DNA from: Paecilomyces variotii | Taxonomy: Eukaryota | DNA length: 64,000 nt | Reading direction: 5' to 3' (one strand) | Assembly: GCA_004022145.1 (NCBI GenBank) | Contig: RCNU01000010.1 | In this document: positions 25,591 to 38,291 of the stretch, one piece after another | Numbering within the stretch: the first letter of the stretch is position 1 | How the letters are laid out: every line of letters begins with the position of its first letter | The notes under the pieces: generated by a model | The model's input: the letters and a program-made list of their open reading frames with translations, nothing else | Database searches by the model: none | Told to the model about the DNA's origin: nothing | Translations under genes and position numbers: made by a program

Positions 25591-28513
25591 ATGCCTATCA
25601 AGATTCCGAAAGGATTCGCTCGCCGGAAGTCGTCCGGTAATGCCCTGGAGGAAGTGGAAACCCCCCGGGAGCCCTCTTTTCGGGTGTTTGAACGGCCCTC
25701 TGCTGGGGGAGTCGACGGGGTCAACGCAAAGAGAGCCAGTGAATCGAATCTATTAAATCCGGCTTCTGATGACTCTGATAATATCTTCGCGGACCTCGAG
25801 AAACGCCAAGGGAAAGATCGGTAGGGCTTCTGGAAAGCCCTCATGGTTTGTCTGTATGCTGACTGAAACCAGTGGTAGTGGTGCGACCAACAACTCCGAC
25901 TCCACAGCTCCCTACGATAGCTCCTCCTCTGCTCGATACAGCTCATCCTCTACACTGCCGTCGACGGACGCACCTATCCACAAGGAACAGGGGAACGGGC
26001 ACTCGAGGCCCTTCCATGACATTCCTCTACCTCCAGTGATTGGGTCGCAGTTCTCTTTTCGTGCAGCCGGACGAACGTTCTCCTTCGGCAGCAAGGCTCC
26101 TAGGGTATCAACGCCCCCATCACGAGGCTCTGCGGTTGCATCTGGCGCACGTGATCGGGCCATGACCGCCAGCACCGCCAGTACAGCCACGCCCCCTCGA
26201 CTGCTGGACTCCGATTTGAAGCTGGAGAAAGTGGAAGATGATGACTTTGGAAACATGTTCCAGGACTTCGGGAAGTCCGAGCAGGCGTCTTCGAATGTGC
26301 AAAATGCGGTATGACTCTCGATGCCGTGCTTACTATTGCGATGCTAATTGACGTTGTAGGACGTGACAGATCACCCCCCGCCAATGCCAGCCAAGGGATC
26401 TCGATCCTCTCAGCTACCTCCCATCGAGGTCGACAGATCGAAAGAAGTGGAGCCGTCTCCGTACTCGTGGGAGAGCCGTAACTCTCAGGACGGCCTGCTA
26501 GGACAAGAAGATAACATGTTCGCCAGCAGAAGCTTGACCCAATCCAATACCATGCCGCTCACCGGAGGACGGCGATCTTTGACTCCATCCAGCTCCATGC
26601 CACTACCCACAACTTCTCATCGAGCTTTGGACAAGCCTAGTCGCGACTCGACACTACGAAGGAGCACTGCTTATACCGGCAGACGTGGCTCGACTCCCGC
26701 AGACGAGCTGGATGTGAGACTGGTGATGGAGGCGGTCTCGTTGAACTCCCGGAGTCAGACTCCAGCAGTGCTGGAAGAGGACAACGACGAAACGTCATCT
26801 CTGTTCGACAGCAGAGACGCCGATTTCACGAGCACTTGGCATCACGGGAAATCTAGCCAGGCTGTCGATGGTCCTAACGAGTCCTCTATAGCCGATCATG
26901 CACGGTTGGCGTCACAATACGAGGATAAGGAGTCCACCACCCCCCAAGCGACACCTAAAGTTATGACGCCGGCCCAGTTCGAGCGGTACCGACAGCAGCG
27001 AGAGCTCACAAGGACGAAGAGTGATGCCTCCATGAGTGACGCATCCGATGCTAGCAATGATTATGACGACGAAGATGAAGCAGAGAAGAACATGGAGGCT
27101 GCAAGACAAAGGCGCAAGCAAGAAGCTCACCTTTCCATCTATCGCCAGCAGATGATGAAGGTGACCGGGGAGCAAGCTCCTGGTCCCTCTCTCCGTCCGA
27201 ATATGGACCGATTGAGCAGCAGTACTCCTAACCTCATGAACCGCATGTCCTCGTTGGGACTTCCTGCCGACAAATCAGGCAGTGGCAAGACTAGCGAGGC
27301 TGACGACGACGATGACATTCCTCTGGGAATTTTAGCGGCACACGGATTTCCTAACAAGAACCGCCCTCCGACACGCCTGGGCACGTCGAGTTCGATTCCT
27401 AATCTTCGAGCCTCATTCGTTGGTCAACCTGCATCACCTGGCTCCGTAGCTGGGGATGGCTCTGGCAATAGAGGAAGCTTGCCTCCCTTTGCACGGAACC
27501 TACCACGAGACCCTTATTTTGGTGCTAGTATAGTCACCCCTGCGAATAGGGAACCGCTTGAAATTCGAGGAGGAGCATCTGTTTATGGCGGACCCTCCCC
27601 AGCATTACCACCCGGGGGCCTTGTGGGAGTCATTGCAACCGAAGAGAGGGCGAGAGCGATGAGGCGAGGCAGTCCGAACACGCAGGCATTTGCACCATCT
27701 CTTGGAACGTCACCCGGAGGGTTACCGAGACCTCATACAATGATGCATATGGGACCAACTTTGGCTCCTCCTCAGCAGGGAATCTCCCCCGCAGAACAGG
27801 CGCAACTCCAGATGTCTCAGCAGATGACCCAAATGATGCAGATGCAGATGAATTGGATGCAGTCCATGATGCAAATGCAAGCTATGCAGAGTGGAGTGCA
27901 ACCGCCGATGAACAATGCTAACCTTGCTCCTCCCATGCCACCTGTTAATATGCGCCCGATGTCTATGCCCGCAGCGGCGGCTCTAAACAACCCTCCTTCT
28001 CGACTGGCAGATCAGCGCACACTCAGCATGCTAGATCCAAGCATGTCTGCTCGCTGGAATAACAGCACATTTTTGTCCCCCAACGGCGTTAACGGCCTGA
28101 ATGTGCCTCAAGGGCAAGGTTATGCTCCATCCATCGCCCCTTCGGAGCGTAGCAACGTCGGATTAGCCCCGCGATATCGACCAGTATCCACGATTCAGCC
28201 TGACCAGAAACCGGCGAATCGCGCGTCCACTTTTACATCCTCAACCTTGAAGCCCTGGAACGATGAGAACCAGAGGCCCGGATTTTCGCCCCGTTCAAAG
28301 TCGGCCAAGCCCACCTCCATGGCAACTGTTACTGTCCGGCCGATCAGTAGTACAGACAGGACGTCCACTCCTAGCAGAAACGCCGCGTCTGATGACGATG
28401 ATGAGGAAGGCTGGGCGGAAATGATGAAGCAGCGCGAAAAGAAGAAGAGCGGTTGGAAGCTGAAGAGAGGAACAACCGGTAACTTGGGGGAACTCTTGCA
28501 CGCGGTGCACTAA
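25591..28513 (+). CDS. Hypothetical protein, largely disordered and S/P/Q-rich, ~939 aa
   Basis: Exons 25591-25820, 25873-26308, 26360-28513 join in frame through canonical introns; the last exon is a 716-aa ORF. No catalytic domain recognised. Confidence 0.85.
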
Positions 28514-29031
28514 TTACAGACACTGATATTTCTGCGATTTCGGCGGATGTACGAATTTTGTGGCAACAATTCTCTTGATACGATTTCAATTCTCCGCTTT
28601 TCAGCCCCGAATGCTTTCCGAGGCATTTCACAGCACGATAACCGATAACGCCTTCCTTTCGCCTGTTCATTCATCTGGCATTCAGTAGCCAATGAGATTG
28701 CATGGCGTCTTGTTTCTTTTGAGTTTCAAAAAAGAACATCGAACGCAGCATTGAGAACTTTAGACTTCTTTTTCTCTCTTAATCTTAACTTTAATCAAAG
28801 TCCGACACTGGCGAACGAAGACGGCGTACGGATTGACATGGTGGCATTCTGGAAACAGGGTCTTTCTTTTTCATCTTTGAACATGCAGCTTGGCGGTTGT
28901 TTCTTGTAACTAGTACGCCCATACGAAATAATATCTACATGGTAATCATACATTCGACATTTCTCTTTTTATTAGAATGGCCTTCAAAACTATTATCATA
29001 GTGAAATAATATCGGATTGCCGACTTCCAAC

Positions 29032-30111
29032 TTAATTGTCGTACTGTTCGGCAGCTAGATTCTTAGTCGTCCGCTCAGCTTCAAGTCGCGTATTCCTAAC
29101 AATCTCCCCAGCCGGTAGGATATCCTTCAGAAGCCCGACCCCCGTACCGGCGTAGGTCGTCATCCTCCCATCCGGACCCCATCCCGCATCTCCCTTCTTG
29201 ACCTCTTCCTCGTATAATCTCCTATTCTCCTCATCGGGCGTGCCTTTCTCTACCGCATCTACGTAGGTCCGATTAATGACTCCCCGTCCATTATACCGTT
29301 CAGGCCAAGACGTAAAACCTCTAACTTTGTCGTAAATCTTGGTACGGACCGTGCTGATACCCCCATCTGAAGCGCGGAGGAGTTCCATCTGATATCCATG
29401 TGAGATGTTGGCTTCCTTCGACGCAAGGAAACGAGTGCCCATGACGACTCCCGAAGCACCTAGGGCGAGCGACGCGGCTAAGCCGCGTCCATCTGTGATT
29501 CCACCGGCCGCGATCAAAGGAATATGGCCCTGATTGCGTTCCCGGAGTGTATCCTTGACTTCTGGCAGGAGGGCCATGACCGAGGAGGAGCGGGCGAGGC
29601 CATGTCCGCCAGCGTCGGAGCCCTGAATGACCAGGACGTCGGGCTGGAAGGACTCTGCCACTGAAACAGCCTCAGATACGCTGCCGACTTGTACCCATAT
29701 TTTGGTCCTGTTGTTAGTGGCAGAGCGGATTGCTTCAGCCCATGGGATGAGATCACCAGGTAGTGACGCCGGAGCGAAGAACCATACGGCGCAAGGTGTG
29801 TATCGTTTAATGGCGGCAACTGCTGTCGCTAAGTCTGCGCCCCAGTTGATGAAGCCGACACCGATGGGGAGGACATCTTTCTTGTCTCTCTGGTCAATTG
29901 GGGGATCTATTTTCGCGAGCAATTCCGCAGAGTGCTTTAGATTCGCTTCCAGATCTGAGAGGTCGAACCCCGCAGCTAGGAACCCCAGGCCGCCTGCTCG
30001 AGAGACTGCGACAGCTAATGGTGCTGTTGCGATGCGAAGCATCGGAGCGCAGGCGATCAGTGGTGTTTTGACCCATGGGTAGGCTGAGCGTAGTGCCGAT
30101 AGTGAAGCCAT
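29032..30111 (-). CDS. Nitronate monooxygenase / 2-nitropropane dioxygenase family FMN oxidoreductase, 359 aa
   Basis: Intronless ORF with PLIACAPM, LAVAVSRAGGLGFL, QGSDAGGHG (catalytic His region), IAAGGITDGRG, GVVMGTRFLAS. Confidence 0.93.
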   Translation of the reverse strand: MASLSALRSAYPWVKTPLIACAPMLRIATAPLAVAVSRAGGLGFLAAGFDLSDLEANLKHSAELLAKIDPPIDQRDKKDVLPIGVGFINWGADLATAVAAIKRYTPCAVWFFAPASLPGDLIPWAEAIRSATNNRTKIWVQVGSVSEAVSVAESFQPDVLVIQGSDAGGHGLARSSSVMALLPEVKDTLRERNQGHIPLIAAGGITDGRGLAASLALGASGVVMGTRFLASKEANISHGYQMELLRASDGGISTVRTKIYDKVRGFTSWPERYNGRGVINRTYVDAVEKGTPDEENRRLYEEEVKKGDAGWGPDGRMTTYAGTGVGLLKDILPAGEIVRNTRLEAERTTKNLAAEQYDN

Positions 30112-31025
30112 TGTGAGTTATGAGTTTCGCGGGGGTCTCTTAATAAGTGTTCTCTATAGAAAACGTATACATAGACACATGTTCCCTCAGGGGCGAAAGA
30201 GAGGATGAGAGTTGATCAGATCAAGACACTTTGCAAATCTCTTGGAGGGGTTCCAACTTGATTCTACCTAGGCTGAGTCACGGGTAAACACGGACAACGA
30301 GGTCGACCGGTGGAGCTTCAAGTTGACGTGCTGTGTTACCTTTTTCCGAGGAGCAAGAATAATACAGGCAGCGTTGCAACCCACAATGATGGCATGCTAG
30401 TGTCAGTGGATATCCAATAGTGATTCTCCAGTTAGACAATGGAAATGAAGATTTCCATCACCCAGGTTAGATATTCAGGGTTATTATTATTATCTCCTCG
30501 TCGAGAGTTCAAGTGTTCAAGATGATGACTGTTGTGCACCGCCTCAACCCCGGATCAAGAGGAAAGTTCGCTGTGGCTGAGAAGGTCACGTGGTGATTGT
30601 GATAGCGTCGGGAACAATCGTGCACTTATTTCCAGACTACAACTGTCGCCTGGATGAAAGAATGGTCCCGAGGCATCACAGTCAGTGACAGTTAGGGAGA
30701 TAAATCAATACTGTTCACTGGAGAAACCCTGTATATTGTGTATACTTCCTTATCACCGCCCACTTTATCCTATATCACTTGCATCTCTCAGTTTTGATCT
30801 TTTTTCCCGGTGCTCTTTTGCTCTACCAACGCCACCTTGAGGAGTCATCTGTTATTTGAGAATCTTCGCTATATACGACTTGTTATATCCCTTCTTCTTT
30901 TTGGTTATTTAAGGACTGAAAGATAGCGTCTTTTGGTTATCAGGGGGGTCATAGTCTCGTCCCGGCCCTGAGCAGCAGGCCCCTGGATTTGGAGGAGCTC
31001 CGACTCTGAAGAAGAAGCAGACAGA

Positions 31026-32182
31026 ATGAACGCCCCAGACAGGTAAGGAATCTAGTCTGGATTTTGTGCTAAGGCATTTTCATGTTATAACATCTTGATG
31101 AAGTCCGGAGCTCTTTCCCTTCTAATACTTTGTCGGTGTTCTGCCCTGGTTGGCTTGCACAGGATGGACTGTCCGCCTTTGGGGGAAATCACCTGTCTGG
31201 CAGGCGGGCGTTGCATGTCATGATATTGAGTCGTCGTTCTGCGTGATGGTGTTTGCAGATGTCAACTCTAACCTGCTCTCCGTTTCCCCCATCCTCTTCC
31301 AATCTTGTTTTGTACCCAGCTTCTTCCAAGCACAGTTCTTCCTATCCCCAAAGGAATAAGCACCTCTGCATCATTCACCATGTCGCCCAAGACCCCACCC
31401 AGTGGCTCTGGTCAGCAGTATATCATGCCTACTGACCAGGCTTATGCCCGCTACAAATGGCGCGTCCCTCCAACCTACCCTCCTGGCTCGAGCATCAAAG
31501 AAGTGGGCCGCGATGAGCAGCAGAGGTGGGCTCTCCATCTGGAGGGGTCTCCTGCCCTCTACATTTCTTCAGAGAGTGGATTTCTGGTTCTTGCGTTGAT
31601 TGCCATCTATCATCAATCTGTTTTCTACAACACCAAAGGTCCCAGAAAGACTGACGATGATGAAATCATAGGTTCGAGTCGTTCGTTCTGGGGAACGGTG
31701 AGAAGAAGGTCGAGGTTGAAACAGATACTCGTAAGGGTTCACTGTGGTCATCTAGCTAAACCCGAGGGCTGATGGTAACTCTTCTAGGTATTCCTTCGTC
31801 TGCCATCTTCACCTTTAACAAGGAAGATCATACTCTGGGTAACCTTATTCGCTCCCGTCTCCTCCAGAGTTCTCACGTCCTCTTTGCCGGTTACAAGGTC
31901 AGTAGATCCCGCACATTAATTCTCATGCTTGGCCCTCGCATGCTAGTGAAGTGGGCTGCTTGGCTAACTCGCACATCATAGGTGCCGCATCCCTTGGTCC
32001 CTAAGTTTGAGCTCCGCGTCCAGACTGATGGCGAGATCACCCCGAAGGAGGCGGTAATCACCGCCTGCCATGAGCTGGTCAAGGACCTCGGTATCTTCTC
32101 GCGTGAATTCACCAAGGAATACGAGCTGCGCAAGATGGTGGGTACCAGTCAGGGACAGAACGGCGCCCCGGATGGCATCTGA
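31026..32182 (+). CDS. RPB11: RNA polymerase II subunit Rpb11, 128 aa
   Basis: Exons 31026-31042, 31672-31730, 31788-31897, 31982-32182 give MNAPDRFESFVL...[17 protein letters not shown]...FAGYKVPHPL. Confidence 0.95.
31380..31525 (+). other. Candidate alternative coding exon of RPB11 inside intron 1
   Basis: CACC-ATG at 31380, open frame to a phase-2 donor AG|GTGGGC at 31525/31526, same phase and same junction Arg as canonical exon 1. Confidence 0.5.
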
Positions 32183-32993
32183 GTTTCTGGGAGCTTTGTT
32201 AATCACCAAGTACTCATAACGATACGGGGTTCTTGCTTCTTGCATGTATTTCTCACGGGGTGATTTGATCCGGCGTCTTCGCTTGTCTTCATTCAGCTTT
32301 AATCCTTGCGGTGGCCTCGTTGGATCTAAGCCTTGTCATCACCTCTTCTGGCGCTCTCGTGGCGTTTCTGGCTGAGGAAACCGATCCGGAGACAGAGGAC
32401 GAGTCAAGCCACTCTGGGAGCTGCTTGTTTTTTACACATTAGGCCAGACTACTCACCACCCCTACGTTCTATGGGGTTGATAATATGGGAGATCCAGGCC
32501 ATGTATGGTTGCTACAAGCAGATAGAGTACAGCTAGATACCTTTGCAGATAAGACATGCTTCTTGATAATTATAATTATCGCATGGTTAAATTCCGCGAA
32601 CAAGTGTGGTGCCTCATTGCCCCCCCGTTATTATATGTAGCTTAGGATTCTGGTCAACTCCAGTCCAGACAAACGACATCCCTACAAACATTGTAGAGTA
32701 TTTTCAGAAAGACTGCAAGTTCCCATAGTCTCCCAAAAGCATCTCATCAATACTATCAACCGTTAATATAATATAATAAATAATAAATAACCCATGGATT
32801 CCGCCGGCCGAACGAGCACGGACTCGGGAGCCCAAACCGGCTAGCGTGACACTCCCAGCTCGTTCCTGGACCTCCGCGTCGTCACCATCTGCCACCTTCT
32901 GCTTAACCTGCTTTCGCTCCACGGGTGATTCTGCTCACTGTTGTCTCTCCTTCATTGTTATATGTCGTTCTCCATGCAACTGCTCGTTCTGTG

Positions 32994-35900
32994 ATGTACT
33001 CTTCATCCAACTCCTTCCTGGGCGGCGCAAGTGGCGCTCGCCCAGGATCCTCGCCGTTCGGTCAGCAGCAACAGCCGATGTACTCTCAGTTCCCTCAGGG
33101 GCAGCAGCCGCAACAGCAGCAGACGCCATTCGCACCACAACCCACGGGCTTTGCTGGTGGACAACTCCAGCCTCAACCGACTGGATTCCCTGGAGGACAG
33201 TTGCAACCACAATTTACCGGTTTCCCAGGGGCTGCGTCCCAGCAGAACTTCCAACCAGCTCCGCTACAGCCCCAGTTCACAGCCTTCCCGCAACGACCTC
33301 AGACGCAGCCGTCGTTGCAGCCGCCCAATGTACAGATACAGGCTCCGCAGCAGTTTCCTGCTGCCACGGGCGCGCCAGCTCCCCTGGCCCCCCAGAAGAC
33401 CTCGGCCCAGATGGCGCAGTCGTTTCAAGATCTGAACCAGTCTTCCGTTACACAGTCAGCTCCGAAGAAGACCGGTTCCAGGATTCCCAATATCAGACTT
33501 TCGTTTATCACGGTGCAGGATCAGGCCAAGTTCGAGCAGCTCTTCAAGTCAGCTGCGGGTGATAGCCAGACACTGGACGGTTAGTCGTTGGAAACCTTGG
33601 AGGTCCAAGACGGACATGGATTGCTGATGGATGGTTTACAGGAGAGAAAGCTAAGGATCTTTTATTGCGATCGAAGCTTCCAGGCAGCGACCTATCCAAG
33701 ATATGGTAAGTGTAGCCAGCTTGAATGGGCAAATATCTTTCTACAGTACAGTTGACGTGGGCTGACTGCCTTCAGGACGCTTTCGGATACCACCAAGTCG
33801 GGACAGCTGTTCTTTCCCGAATTCGCCCTGGCGATGTATCTCTGCAACATCAGACTAACAAATAGGGATCTCCCTTCTGAACTTCCGGAGCGTATAAAGA
33901 ATGAAGTGTCAAGTATGGTGGACATAATCTCTTTTGGCGTCCCAGACGATCAGCCCGTGTCGCAGAGGACGAATGTGCCCAATTTCGATGCGCCATTGAT
34001 GCAGAATAGCCTGGCCCCTCCGGCACCCCAGCAGCCGCAACCGCAGCAGCCATCGAATAGCCAGCTTTTAAACCAACTCACAGCGCAGCCGACGGGATTC
34101 TATAACCAGAACACCGGATTCCAGCCGCAACCGACGGGGATGCCAAATCAAAACTTAGGCCCGCAGCCGACGGGCTTTCCAGGACAGAACCAGCAGCATC
34201 TTCAGCCGCAGCCGACTGGTTTTATGAATCCCCAGCCCGCTGGTTATACTGGACCTCGTCCCCCGATGCCACCGATGCCTACCGGCTTTGGATCGAACCT
34301 GTCCCCGGCCCAAACAGGATTAACTGCACAGCCCACTGGACTTGTCGCGCAACCCACTGGACTTCCCGGACAGTGGGGTTTTGTTAATGCTCCCGCCACG
34401 GGTCTACCCAACATAGAAGCCCTTAAACAGCAACTGATGCCCCAGCCTGGCCGTGAAGGAGGATTTACCACCGCAGGACTCTCTGGAAACGCGACCATCC
34501 CGTGGGCAGTCACCAAGGAGGAAAAGAACATCTACGACCAGCTATTCAGAGCCTGGGATGGCCTCAAGAAGGGCTACATTGGCGGTGACACGGCCATTGA
34601 GATCATGGGCCAGAGTGGACTCGACCGTCAGGACTTGGAGCGGATCTGGACCTTGGCCGATCCGCACAATAGAGGAAGGCTCAATATGGATGAATTTGCA
34701 GTGGCTATGCATCTGATCTATAGAAGATTGAACGGTTATCCTGTGCCTAACCGTCTCCCACCGGAGCTGATTCCTCCCTCCACAAGGAACTTGAATGACT
34801 CTATCGGAACGGTAAAGTCTCTCCTCTCCCAGGACGCTGAGAGCCGTAAATCTTCCGGTGCTTTCCTGCAGCCGCAAAGGACGGGTGTCAGCTATCTGAA
34901 AGATCATTCTTTCCGCGGCGGTAATACAACTTCAGGGTATGGTCGTAAGGATGCGACCATGTTCAAGAATAATGACGAAGCCGGAGGCTACAGGTCCAGT
35001 GCCCGTCGCCGCGCTGGAAATGGCAGGCCCCAGTCTCCCGCGCAACAGCCAGCAAAAGGCAATGACGAATTGTCTGTCGAGCAGCTCAAGAAGAAGATCC
35101 GTGAAACCAAGGTTATGCTGGATGCCGTGGATTTCCAGGACCAGAACCAGGCCGAAGAAGAGGAAGCTCTGGACCGACGAGACCGGAAGGAAGCAGAGAG
35201 CCTTATGGACAGAATTCGACGTGTGCAGGATGACATCGATACCGATCCAAACGCCGCTCTCCACAGCCTTGATTCCGGCGCCGAACGCCGGGCCCTGCGC
35301 CGCCAGCTCCAAACCTACCAGGATCAAGTTCCTGAGCTAGCATCTAACGTCCGCAGGGTTGAACGGGCTATCGCAGATGCTAGGCTTGAGCTCTTCCGAT
35401 TGAAAGATGCAAAGGCCCATCCGAACAGCGCTGCGAACATCGTCGGCACCGGCCCCGGTGGTGCTGTTACCGAGGCTGACCGTATCAAAGCCCGCGCTCG
35501 AGCGAGAATGCAGGCTCGCGCTGCTGAACTTGCCGGACGCCCTCCGCCAAGCACTGACGACGATCCCACAGCAGCAGCCCGCCGCTTGGAAGAAGAGAAT
35601 GCTAACATCAAGGCGGAGAGAGAGCGGAATGATAATATGACTCGGGACGTCGAGGAGAGTGTGAAGGAGTTCGCTAGGAGTCTTGAAGACAGCCTTCGTG
35701 ATGAGGGTGAGAGCTCTGTCCATGAGCACGAGAAACGTAGATGGGAGGATGCCCTGGGCGTCGAGGATACAATCAGGGATTTCATCTATGATCTGCAGCG
35801 GAGCAGCAGAACTGCCCGCGTTCGCAAGGAAGAGTATGCTCGAATTTACCTATATAGCAGAATACCATTGGCTAACAGTGACGCAGTCGGCAGAGGCCGC

Positions 35901-37680
35901 CTTCCAGGGAACAGCCTCCGGCCAGATTCGATGGCCACGCAGAGCTTCAATATCGGCCGTCTCCCGCCCCGTCAGCTTCTTCCACGGGATCACTCACCGG
36001 AAATACGCATGAGGACCGTGTGGCAGCAGCAAAGGCACGTGCTCAACAGCGCATTGCTGAGCGCATGGCTGCTGCCGGCCTTAAGCCTCACACGGATGCT
36101 GGGGAGACCTTGCTTCAACGTCAAGAACGCGAGAAGAGGGAGCGTGAAGAGAGACTTAGGAAGGCGGAAGAAGAAGATGCACAGCGAGAGAAAGAGAGAC
36201 AGCGCCGTCTGGCTGATGAGCGTTCTCCAGCTCCCTCGGCAGCGAAGCCAGTAGGCAAGAAGCCGCCTCCGGCTCCCCCATCACGCAAGGGCAGGACGGA
36301 CAGTACAGGGCATGCCGATGCCCAGGCTGCCAGAGCGGCCCAGGCAGAGCAGGAGGGCAAGGAACGAGCCATCAAGGAAGAACAACAAGCTCAGGAAGCC
36401 GAGAGGAAACAGCTTGAGTATGTTACGGGTTTCCATTCTGAGGGTAAATGTAATAATGCTGACTTTGGTTTAGGGAGGAAGCCAGACGCCAGGAAGAGGA
36501 GATTGAGAGGGAGAAACAGGCCCAGGAGGCTCGTCTGCGTGCCCTCGAAGAACAAGTCAAGCAGGGCAAGATCAAGAAGCAGGAAGAGAAGCGTCGGAAA
36601 GAAGCAGCTGAGCGGGAGGCCAAGGAGAGAGAAGCTAAACTGCAGGCCCAGCGGGCAGAGCTCGAGGCTGCAAGGGAGAGAGAACGCCAATTGCAGCGTG
36701 AACTGGAAGGTCTCGGGGATGAGAGCTCCTCTGACGATGAGGGTCCGATCAACATGACTCCCCAAGACAGCACGCCGACGCAGAGCCAGGTGTTGCCGAC
36801 AACTACAGCAGCCTCACCGCCGCCTCCCCCTCCGCCGCCACCTGCTCCAGCTCCAGCTGTACCGCAGGAACCGGAACATGTCGAGCAGCCTGCCGCTCCC
36901 ATTGTTGGATCGCCTTCCAGCAGCCGGGCCGATGCATCGGAGTCTAAGAACCCCTTTTTCCGGAAAACTAGCCAAAGCGCGGATGTGCCGACCATATCTG
37001 TACCTCAGATGGCCGTCAGCTCACCTCCAGTTGAGGTGCAGTCTACCAACCCGTTCCACCGTCTTGCGCAGCAGGAGGCATCAAAGTCGACATACACTGT
37101 CCCTGGACCTATTGAGCGCAAGTCCCGTGCTCGTCCAGAGGATGACGACGACTGGTCCGTAGCTGAATCAGATAATGATTCTTCTGATGAGGACGACCAT
37201 CCTGGTGGTGGCAGCGCAAAACAGCTTGCCAGTATCTTGTTCGGTACCATGGGACCGCCTCGACCTCTGAGCGCCATGGACGACAAGTCTCCTTCGAAGT
37301 CCGCTACCCCCGTCCAGGATAGCCCGGCGTCCCCTGCGCCTCCTCCACCACCACCACCCCCTCCTCCAGCTGCTCCGGAGACAAATGGTACTTTTGAGGC
37401 ACCGTCCGCGCCTCCGCCTCCTCCTCCTCCCCCGCCAGGTGCGGCGCCTACTGGTGCTCCACCTCCACCCCCTCCGCCCCCAGGACCTCCCGGTCCTCCT
37501 CCGCCGCCTCCCTCTGCAGCTCCGGCTCCTCCACCGCCGCCCGCTGCAGGCCCGCCCGGTGGTGGAGCTATGCCGGACCGCAGTGCCTTGCTGGCATCTA
37601 TCCAAGCCGGTAAGGGCCTGAGGAAAGTTGAGACGAAGGACCGCAGCACCAGTTCAGTGGCAGGTCGAGTGTTGGATTAG
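32994..37680 (+). CDS. PAN1: Actin cytoskeleton-regulatory/endocytic scaffold Pan1, ~1481 aa
   Basis: Exons 32994-33579, 33642-33705, 33776-35833, 35887-36417, 36474-37680. QPTG repeats, two EH domains ([21 protein letters not shown]), coiled coil, NPF motifs, acidic DDDDW, polyproline, C-terminal WH2 ([17 protein letters not shown]). Confidence 0.96.
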
Positions 37681-37862
37681 AGGGACATCAGCACATGGGG
37701 AGATATAGGGGGTTTTCTGTTCCATGTTTCTTCATTACGGAGTGGTCTGTTTTGATATAACTCGTCTCTCCGTGGGCGAGATTCTACTATCTGTTTATTA
37801 TTACATTTAACTTGCTGTCACAACTTGTAAACCGTTGTAAATTGAGCGACCAATATAGGGTC

Positions 37863-37865
<3 letters not shown>

Positions 37866-37911
<46 letters not shown>
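37866..37911. repeat. (AG)23 microsatellite
   Basis: Perfect dinucleotide run downstream of PAN1. Confidence 0.97.
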
Positions 37912-37915
<4 letters not shown>

Positions 37916-38291
37916 ATTATCTCCGGTATCCTAATTATTCTTCCCAATTTATAGATTATCTTGTACACAGGCGTTAGAAATAGTATTGGCGGACTGGTGA
38001 ACTACAATATACCTACCACCTTGAACTGGGTTTTATACAATACATACCAACGAGGAAAAACATTAGCAAAAGGCTCAGCTGAGCCGACCCTAGAGTATTA
38101 ATTACCAAAAGACAGTGATCTATCTATTCTGATCCCCTAAAAAGCCCAAATGACATCTAATCAATCGATAAAAAAAACCCCAATTCAGCGACGGTGCCAA
38201 GTTCCGTGGTAATAGAGATTGTGAGCGCAGAAAATGGTGAAAAGAACGTCGATAGGAAAACGAGCGAGGTGGTATACTCGATAGTCAGTTC

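Noticed and set aside
30522-30580. ATGATGA...CTGA as a box C/D snoRNA
   Set aside because: Short, no terminal stem, and no rRNA-complementary guide that I could identify.
37005-37649. Gly-rich 214-aa minus-strand ORF
   Set aside because: Reverse complement of the Pan1 polyproline region.
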